Assembly (NCBI GenBank): GCA_038882955.1
Contig: JAVZNC010000001.1
Span: 32,001 to 96,000, forward strand
Direction of reading: 5' to 3'
Origin: Candidatus Bathyarchaeia archaeon
GTDB lineage: Archaea > Thermoproteota > Bathyarchaeia > Bathyarchaeales > Bathycorpusculaceae
Length of the DNA: 64,000 nt
The notes below the pieces were generated by a model, which saw only the letters and a list, made by a program, of their open reading frames with translations, ran no database searches and was not told the DNA's origin. A program made the translations under genes and the position numbers. Below are positions 56,925 to 64,000 of this stretch, one piece after another (the stretch's first letter is position 1; each line of letters begins with the position of its first letter).

Positions 56925-57855
56925 GGTTTACTACGCATTTTTTAGCGTTTTTTGGTCTATCAACGATTATAAATTGAATATTGTGATAATTAATCAGCGA
57001 AAAACTTGCAGAAGCACTTTGAACCTTCGCCTCTTCAATTAAAGCATGCAACGTCAAATTTTCCGCAGATGACGGAAAATAACTCATAAAGCTACCTCCC
57101 GTTTCCATATCCTTTCTTGCTTCAGAAACAGCTTTAGCCAATGTTTTATTTTCGAAGAGAAGCCGCCATATTAACTTCGCAGTTTCATTGTCTGTATGCG
57201 ACACTGTAACCATGCTGGACCATCCAACATAAGCTATTGCACCTTTTTCATGAAATTCTTGTGCCATTTGCATTAAACTCGAATTTAAGCTCCAACATCC
57301 CATGGCAAAAACTACGCTTTTAGGAAACACGCCCTCCAACTCTCTCACAAAATCAGGAGTAAACGCGAAATATTCCTTAACTTCAGAAAAGTTTAGTATA
57401 CCTTCAACTAAAAGACCCTGATCACAATCTCTGGAATATTCTCCGTAACGCTTTTGTTCGCTATAATGTTCAGAAGTGAAAAAGTCGACTATTGGCTGGT
57501 CTTCTCTTAAGGCTGAGTGAACCCGCAATATTATTATTCCGTAATTGCCTTTTGCGAGCCCCTTAAAGAATGTAACATTTGCTTGCGTATAATCGTAATA
57601 TTTAACATTAAAGCCATAGCTTTCCAAAGTTGAACTGACGTTTTCGATAAACGTCGGATTGGGAAAATCTTCGCCAAGTTGATCAATTATAGCAGCGTTT
57701 AAGGAAAATATTACTGACGATTGTTGCCACAGAAAAAGGAAAAATATGGAACCAACAGTTATGGATAATGCACAAAGCAAAGATAAAACTGCAAGCTGTC
57801 TCCTTGAAATAGACCATGAACTTTTTTGCGGAGTCTTCTTCCCCTTCTTAACCAT
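56905..57855 (-). CDS. Membrane-anchored protein with caspase/gingipain-like (clan CD) fold
   Basis: N-terminal TM helix; ILRVHS and FAMGCWS candidate His/Cys; GA.AYVGW. Confidence 0.55.
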   Translation of the reverse strand: MVKKGKKTPQKSSWSISRRQLAVLSLLCALSITVGSIFFLFLWQQSSVIFSLNAAIIDQLGEDFPNPTFIENVSSTLESYGFNVKYYDYTQANVTFFKGLAKGNYGIIILRVHSALREDQPIVDFFTSEHYSEQKRYGEYSRDCDQGLLVEGILNFSEVKEYFAFTPDFVRELEGVFPKSVVFAMGCWSLNSSLMQMAQEFHEKGAIAYVGWSSMVTVSHTDNETAKLIWRLLFENKTLAKAVSEARKDMETGGSFMSYFPSSAENLTLHALIEEAKVQSASASFSLINYHNIQFIIVDRPKNAKKCVVNLRLLTA

Positions 57856-57911
57856 GGAAGACTAACCTTTAACAACTGTAAATTCTTCTAAAATAGAATT
57901 GGAAAGGTGAA

Positions 57912-60890
57912 TTATTTTCTTTTGCGCTTTGTTAGGCTTAAAATTATTCCGAATAGGCATAAAACTAACGCGTATGCTGCCACTGGCGTTGTTTGAGGCG
58001 CGCCAATCAGCGAGACCGAGTAGCCGCCAACAGAAACTGTCCCAACCGTTATTTTTGCGACGCTTGACTGCGCTATGTTGCTCCCAGCGTCCACCACCTT
58101 CAGATACACATAGTATATGCCTGTTGTTGTGGGCTTAAAGGTCCAGCTTGTTCCATTGGCGCCTGAAACTGCTGCATCGTTCAAATACCACTGGTAGGTG
58201 TAGGGCGTTGCTCCACCCGTAACGCTTGATGTGAACGTTACTTGTTGACCGACAAATATCGATTCGGACATTGGATTTATAGATATTGAAAGCGGTGACA
58301 GAGCAGATTTAAAGAACGCTTTCAAAACATAATTGCTGTTCATTGTTACAGTGTATGTTGTTGATGTGCCAACGTTTGTGCCGTTAAGCTCCCAATGGTC
58401 AAAGACATAGCCACCACTTGGAATCGCAATTACCTGAACTTGTGAACCGGATGCATAAGTGTAAGTGCCCGGCGCTGGGTTTGTTGTGCCGCCCGCGGTT
58501 GTCTCAATTTTAAGCGTGTAAGTTATTACTTGGGCTGCGTAGTGGGCGGTGGCTGTGTGTGGAGCATTCATGACCACTGTTATTGGGTTTACACCGCTTC
58601 CTTGCGATGCACCGTCAACATCCCAGTATTGGAACGTGTAACCCGACACTGTTGGCGCGGTGAGCTGAACGCTTTGTGAAGCATCGTACCAGCCTTCTCC
58701 TGGAATTGTTACAATGCCAGGCGGATCAGTGCGCACAGTCAAATAATATTGAACTTTATAGGAGGCGCTCACTGTGAAGGGTTCATTCACGGTTTGTGGC
58801 GACGCTGGAGCGACGCTTGTTAAAATATAACGTATACCTGGAGCAGCTCCTAGTACAGTGTCCTGGTAGGCGTACGTAATTTGGGAGCCGGCTAATACCC
58901 AAACTGTGAAGGGCACGGTTTCTGTTGGATCCGTGTCTGCTGTGTAGGTGACTGTTGGCGCCACACCAGAGCCAATCTGAGCGAAGGTTACAGCATACTG
59001 GGTCTTCCAGTTTGCCATTGCAGTTTTTGGACTGTCCATAACTATTGGGTTGCTTTGGGCGTAGTTTGTTCCAGAAGCATCTCCGCCCCAGCTTGTGAAA
59101 ACTCTTCGCGTTCCATTTCCATGGTCAACAATTCCCGTGTTTAGTGTCGCGTAGGCTGTTGCTCCGCTTTGATACCAGCCTTCCCCGCCCACAGTGCCGA
59201 AGGGGGAGGAAACTGTTAAGTAATATTCAGTTACGTAGTGGGCGGTGGCTGTGTGGTTAGCATTCATCAAAACGGTTATTGGGTTGCTCGTCTTTGGTGC
59301 GCCATCGACATCCCAATAGCTAAACTTGTAGCGTGCGCCAGTCGCAATTGGCACTGTTTCTGGAGCTGTTAACGTGACTTCTGCTCCTTCATTATACCAG
59401 TTTTCTCCCGGAATGGTCGTAATGCCCTCGGGGTCTGTCTTAACTTTCAAGTAATACCTGATCGGAACGACTGTTATCGTCTTTGTTTCTGTATCCCATC
59501 TGCCTTCGCTGTCAGTAACATTTAACGTGACTAGGTAATCGCCTGCTGACGCATACACATGTGTTATTACTGGGTCAGACTCCTCAACTATTGGTGAACC
59601 ATCGCCAAAATCCCAAGCGTAGCTTATTATTACGCCTCCGTCGGGAGAGGATATCGAAGCGTCGAAAGTGACTGTTTCGCCTCTCTGTGGACAGTATGGG
59701 TCCCAAGTGAAGTCTGCTACTGGTGCGTTTTCAACGGTTATTTGTTTGGATTCCGTGTCCCATTTTCCTTCGCTATCCGTAACATTCAACGTAACCGTGT
59801 AAGTTCCCCAAGTTTCATAAGCATGCGTAATTATGGGTCCTGAAACAGTTGTGACATTGCCGTCGCCAAAGTTCCACGTGTAGCTTATTATTACGCCTCC
59901 GTCTGGACTGGAGGCTGACGCATCAAAAGTTACAATTTCATGCATTAACGGGTCCAAAGGTGAAAATGCAAATGCAGCAACTGGATGTTGGCTGACATGA
60001 ATTGTCGCTGTCTCGTCGTCTGTTAAACCATTGTTGTCTGTAACAGTTAACTTGACAACATAATCTCCAAAGGATGTATAAATGTGCGTTATTATCGGGT
60101 TTGATGTTGACGTGATGTTACCGTCGCCAAAATTCCAGGTATAACTTACAATATAGCCGTCTGGGTCATAACTACTAGAAGCATTAAAAGTCGCAATTTG
60201 GTTAACTTCGGGATATGTTGGCGCAAACGTGAAGCTGGCAATAGGTGGCTGTTGAGGGGGAGGACCAGCTTGGAACAGAACAGTAGAATCTTCCGAAAGC
60301 GAGTTATGGACTATCTGACCCTCCGAAGTCACGCTTCCAGAAGTTGATTTTCCATAAGCGTCGAAATGCATCTTCACGCCGCTGGCATCATAAAAACTGG
60401 CAAAAACAATCAAGTTCACATCACTCTTTTTCCCAATCGTACCAACATTGACAAGCGTGTCGTTAAACCATGCTGGATAAACGTCACCAGAAGGCCAAGT
60501 CCACTTGTTATAAGGCTTAGGCGTGCCCCACTTAAAGGCAGATTTAGGCACACTCGTACCATTCACAACAAGCGAAACAAGATTATTATAACCAGCATCA
60601 TTAAGTGCAATAACCAAACGCGTATCATAAGACCTCAACGACGCACTCGTGTTATTAATTCTAACAACAAAAGTCTGAACAACACCAGTAAGATTCAAAA
60701 CATAACTCTCGCTTAACCAAGGATCAACATCATACCCGTGATAAACGCCTTCAGGCAAAGAAACCTTAAGAACAGCACAAGGCGTAGCCCCAACAGGAAC
60801 AACGAGGCACGAAGACACTATTGAAAAAACAAAGATCAATAGCAATAGCAATAACTGCCTTTTCAACACGTGTTCCTCTCCCCTCGGCAC
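57912..60890 (-). CDS. Large surface protein with three PKD domains, repeated beta-sandwich modules and a C-terminal TM anchor
   Basis: Signal peptide; three F.AS.S..DG..I.SY.W.FGDG repeats; F.YWDVDG...NPITV.MNA.HTATAHY repeats; TM + KRKRK. Confidence 0.88.
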   Translation of the reverse strand: MPRGEEHVLKRQLLLLLLIFVFSIVSSCLVVPVGATPCAVLKVSLPEGVYHGYDVDPWLSESYVLNLTGVVQTFVVRINNTSASLRSYDTRLVIALNDAGYNNLVSLVVNGTSVPKSAFKWGTPKPYNKWTWPSGDVYPAWFNDTLVNVGTIGKKSDVNLIVFASFYDASGVKMHFDAYGKSTSGSVTSEGQIVHNSLSEDSTVLFQAGPPPQQPPIASFTFAPTYPEVNQIATFNASSSYDPDGYIVSYTWNFGDGNITSTSNPIITHIYTSFGDYVVKLTVTDNNGLTDDETATIHVSQHPVAAFAFSPLDPLMHEIVTFDASASSPDGGVIISYTWNFGDGNVTTVSGPIITHAYETWGTYTVTLNVTDSEGKWDTESKQITVENAPVADFTWDPYCPQRGETVTFDASISSPDGGVIISYAWDFGDGSPIVEESDPVITHVYASAGDYLVTLNVTDSEGRWDTETKTITVVPIRYYLKVKTDPEGITTIPGENWYNEGAEVTLTAPETVPIATGARYKFSYWDVDGAPKTSNPITVLMNANHTATAHYVTEYYLTVSSPFGTVGGEGWYQSGATAYATLNTGIVDHGNGTRRVFTSWGGDASGTNYAQSNPIVMDSPKTAMANWKTQYAVTFAQIGSGVAPTVTYTADTDPTETVPFTVWVLAGSQITYAYQDTVLGAAPGIRYILTSVAPASPQTVNEPFTVSASYKVQYYLTVRTDPPGIVTIPGEGWYDASQSVQLTAPTVSGYTFQYWDVDGASQGSGVNPITVVMNAPHTATAHYAAQVITYTLKIETTAGGTTNPAPGTYTYASGSQVQVIAIPSGGYVFDHWELNGTNVGTSTTYTVTMNSNYVLKAFFKSALSPLSISINPMSESIFVGQQVTFTSSVTGGATPYTYQWYLNDAAVSGANGTSWTFKPTTTGIYYVYLKVVDAGSNIAQSSVAKITVGTVSVGGYSVSLIGAPQTTPVAAYALVLCLFGIILSLTKRKRK

Positions 60891-61060
60891 TAATATTTAA
60901 ATCACCAGTTAAAATTTAAATATTATGGAACTATCTTCTAACTATTCATAACTTGCAAATAATAACGGACGCGCACCAAATCAACATCTAAAGTACTCTT
61001 TTTCCTATGGCGACATAAAATTACGCAATCAAACATTTAAAACTTTTATAATTAATTACT

Positions 61061-61786
61061 TTATAGTATATCTTCAAGTTCTTCATCAGCACTTTTTTTA
61101 TGCACTCTTTTAGGTCTCCTCTTCAGAACAATTATACTAAGAGGTACAAGTGGTGCAACAGTTTCAACAGCTAAAACAATGATTCTAAACTCAAATCCTG
61201 TCCAAATAGGAGGCGGATCTCTGTCTGTTACCAAACCATAAACTTCTTTATGTTCAACAGATATTGTTGGGTTTATTAGCGTTTCAACCCATGCACGTCC
61301 CGATGAAGGTCCGACTATCTCGATGGTCGTCGTCCCAGGGTTTACACAGACAAAGTTGATGGTGGCCAAAACACCAGAACCATTGGCAGAAAATCCTGCC
61401 TTAAAAATAAGTAAACCTAGGCCAGCTATCTTTCCTGCTAAATTGTCTACACTATTAACCACAAGCTTTGATGTATTGCTAACGTCTCTAAAGAAAGGCC
61501 CAAGGTAAATACTATAATTAACACCCCTAAGCAGATATCCGTTGGGATCATCAACTGCAACTTGCAATACATATGGGTCCCATGCCAGATCTAATACGAC
61601 GGCGGTAAGCAGTTCTGCATCATAAACGGAGACGTTGATTGTCACAATTTGACCCGATTGTAATTTTAGGCCATATAACCGTGTCAATTCAATTGTCGGT
61701 CCATGTGCGGGAAGAAAATAATAATATAGTACAGATGAAACTATCAACACTAAAATAATCAAGGCAAGAAGCGATTTCTTTCTCAA
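61061..61786 (-). CDS. Cohesin-like domain membrane protein
   Basis: GQIVTINVSV, L.WDP.VL and G.GVLATI.F...PG.T.I; TM helices at both ends. Confidence 0.7.
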   Translation of the reverse strand: MRKKSLLALIILVLIVSSVLYYYFLPAHGPTIELTRLYGLKLQSGQIVTINVSVYDAELLTAVVLDLAWDPYVLQVAVDDPNGYLLRGVNYSIYLGPFFRDVSNTSKLVVNSVDNLAGKIAGLGLLIFKAGFSANGSGVLATINFVCVNPGTTTIEIVGPSSGRAWVETLINPTISVEHKEVYGLVTDRDPPPIWTGFEFRIIVLAVETVAPLVPLSIIVLKRRPKRVHKKSADEELEDIL

Positions 61787-61910
61787 TATTCCACCATCCT
61801 CGCTGTTATTCTTTTTTGTTTTATATCCTTTGCTCTAACCTTTTTAAGTTTTTGGTGCAAAAACAGTCGGTTTGACAATAACATGACATTAAAAGAAAAA
61901 GTAGTGAGGA

Positions 61911-62957
61911 TTAATTTTTCTGAGGCGCAGATATTCTTAGTTTCGTTCGAAATCTCAGTAGAAGCGCTGCAGATATGAGAATTAACGGCAGCATTAGAAT
62001 TGGAAACTCGGGTACAACACTTGTTCCCATGATTTGAATGGGTCGTTGACTTGTGGTGAAGGTAAAGTATAGCCATGTATGCGTAGTATTCCCTCCGACT
62101 TGAGGGGTGACGAGTTCCCCGCCTACAAAAACCAGCCAGTTATCGGATGGTAGTTCAAGCCACAAGAGATCTTTTGGAATGGTAACATTAACGAAACATG
62201 TAGCACCGTCAGCTCCGGTTGCATTGAAATAAAGCATTCTATATCGCGTGTAAAGCATAATTGGAGATATTGTTGCATTACTTTCAGTAACTACGGTGAA
62301 GTTTTGGCTGTCAATAGTAATAATATGATAAAGCGTTTCTCTTTCAAATTTTAATTCATAATAACCGTGTTGTACTGTATGCGCTATTGGCTTGCCAGAT
62401 GTATCACCTGGTTTGCTTACTGTAATGTTAAGTACACAAGACAAGGATGTGCCTAGAACTGCTGGCTTGTCCAATATCTTTAGTGTTATTATTGCTGCTG
62501 CTAGTTTTCCTTCTGGGTAGCCTTCAGCCAGAGTTATATTTATGGGCGCATAGCCTCTTTCTAATGCTCTTGTTAAGTTTTGATAAGTATAGGCGTACCA
62601 GACGTGGTCTGCTGCCACTTCATTCATTAGCTGCCATATGTTTCCTGTCTCACCGGACGGTGTAACTGTTTTGAAGAGGTTTTCAGTCATATTGACCCCT
62701 TCGAGTATCGAAGAATTCCAGTATAACTTGAACTCGAAACCAGCAAGGCCTGTTATATTTGCGAGAGTTAAACTCACAGTAAAAGTATCGTTAACTGTTT
62801 TCTGCGTAATATCAAAGATGTTGTTGGGTGGATCCACAAATACTTTAGCACCGTCTGTAGCATATGCTGGAGACACCTTTGGCAACATTAGAAATGAAAA
62901 AATCATCGCAAACATCAGAGTCCACAGGAAACTTTTCACTTTTGACAAATGTTCCAT
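61911..62957 (-). CDS. Cohesin-like surface protein with PEF-CTERM-like tail
   Basis: Signal peptide, V.DTFTV...NIT.L.GFEFKL.WN..IL, and C-terminal VVPEF + TM + basic residues. Confidence 0.8.
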   Translation of the reverse strand: MEHLSKVKSFLWTLMFAMIFSFLMLPKVSPAYATDGAKVFVDPPNNIFDITQKTVNDTFTVSLTLANITGLAGFEFKLYWNSSILEGVNMTENLFKTVTPSGETGNIWQLMNEVAADHVWYAYTYQNLTRALERGYAPINITLAEGYPEGKLAAAIITLKILDKPAVLGTSLSCVLNITVSKPGDTSGKPIAHTVQHGYYELKFERETLYHIITIDSQNFTVVTESNATISPIMLYTRYRMLYFNATGADGATCFVNVTIPKDLLWLELPSDNWLVFVGGELVTPQVGGNTTHTWLYFTFTTSQRPIQIMGTSVVPEFPILMLPLILISAALLLRFRTKLRISAPQKN

Positions 62958-63054
62958 TTTTAAGCCCCGACACTTATGATTAGCTATCTGGTATATAATA
63001 TTTTTCGCTAAATTCGTTTAAAAGGTGGCGCCCTAATGGATTTTTATCATTCAC

Positions 63055-63999
63055 TTATTTTTTGAACTTCTTTTTCAGAAGATAAACGAATACACCAGCC
63101 CATACTAGAGGTATCAGAATGATAGTTATTATCCACCAATCGACGCTTAATGGTTCTGGCGGTTCTGCTAACGTGATCACCTTTGTTGTAGTACTAGTGT
63201 GATTTGCCTGATCTTTTACTGTTAGTGTAACATTGTATGTTCCGGGATTTCGATATAAGTGCGTCACAATAGTGCCTTTTCCGGTAAATCCATCACCGAA
63301 ATCCCAGTAATAATCAACGATTTCTGTAGTTACATCATAACTTGCAGAAGCATTAAATGTAACATTCCATTTATACGTTCCAAAGATAATTCCAGCATTA
63401 ATAACATTTTCAAACGAAGCTATAGGGGGAGTTGTGTCTACAGTAAAGTATATAGGACTTGAGGATCCTATTTGGCCTACCGTGTCGTTGGCATATACTA
63501 TTATATAATGCGATCCGTCTGGTGGGCTTATGGTTGTATTTCCATCTATTGTTACGTTTGCTTGCCCGTCCAGAACGTAACTAATCCAAACTGTTTCTTT
63601 ACTCAACGTGAATATCAGGTTGATAGGAACATTATTATAAATTATGTTTGTAGGCGATAAGATCACTATTGTTGGGGGTGGGTTACCTACAGTCACCGTA
63701 CTTTCAATCAAATTGTAATTTGCGGGTAAGGGTTTCTTTGGGTAGTCCACCACATAAACCGTCTTTTTCTGAATCGGGTCCCAGCTGCCAATTTTCAATA
63801 ATGAAAATGTTAAAGTCGCGTATCCCGTTGCTGTTGCATTTAATGTCACTACCGCTATGGTTTGGTTTCCTGATATTGGAGCATAACCCTTTTCTAAAGC
63901 TCTTGTAAGGTTCATCCACGTATAGGCATACTCTACATATCCATCAGTTACTGTATGTGATAACGCCCATATGTTAGATTGTTCACTTTCAGGAGTGCA
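63055..63999 (-). CDS. Cohesin-like, Ig-like and PKD surface protein (5' end beyond the window)
   Basis: Frame open to the window edge; YAYTWMNLTRALEKGYAPI shared with the neighbour; YYWDFGDG PKD; C-terminal TM + KKKFKK. Confidence 0.82.
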   Translation of the reverse strand, partial: CTPESEQSNIWALSHTVTDGYVEYAYTWMNLTRALEKGYAPISGNQTIAVVTLNATATGYATLTFSLLKIGSWDPIQKKTVYVVDYPKKPLPANYNLIESTVTVGNPPPTIVILSPTNIIYNNVPINLIFTLSKETVWISYVLDGQANVTIDGNTTISPPDGSHYIIVYANDTVGQIGSSSPIYFTVDTTPPIASFENVINAGIIFGTYKWNVTFNASASYDVTTEIVDYYWDFGDGFTGKGTIVTHLYRNPGTYNVTLTVKDQANHTSTTTKVITLAEPPEPLSVDWWIITIILIPLVWAGVFVYLLKKKFKK

Positions 64000-64000
64000 T

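Noticed and set aside
1-64000. CRISPR array, rRNA, RNase P RNA, IS transposase, inteins
   Set aside because: No regularly spaced repeats or recognisable signatures were seen by eye; NrdD and RNAP lengths leave no room for inteins.

Overview
Archaeal chromosomal segment, most consistent with Bathyarchaeia (TACK) by inference. Evidence: unsplit RpoB and fused RpoA'/A'', L13e, L15e and L30e, a BHB intron in a tRNA, FtsZ, and cohesin/PKD/PEF-tail surface proteins. Core content: the rpl15e-rpl13e-DUF54-rnp3-rnp2 operon, tRNA-Ile2(CAU), tRNA-Leu(CAA) with an intron, nrdR-nrdD-nrdG, a two-domain RPB5-like rpoH, rpoB-rpoA-rpl30e-nusA, nadA, and a NikR-controlled nickel locus. Most notable observations: (1) a C/D-box guide sRNA (8432-8501), absent from the ORF track, whose guides predict 2'-O-methylation of 23S G2251 and U2593 (E. 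coli numbering); it sits at the edge of a ~3.6 kb integrase island that carries an HTH-HTH-HEPN(DUF4145-like) triad; (2) a hinge-less SMC5/6-like ATPase with kleisin-like and KITE-like partners next to ftsZ; (3) an acyl-CoA cluster with an isobutyryl-CoA-mutase-type B12 mutase, one Cys-containing and one Cys-less thiolase (each with DUF35) and a type III PKS/KAS III-like enzyme with Ser at the catalytic Cys position; (4) an SPFH/zinc-ribbon/arrestin-fusion operon; (5) readable NrdR-, ModE- and NikR-type operators. All family assignments come from motifs recognised by eye; no database searches were run.
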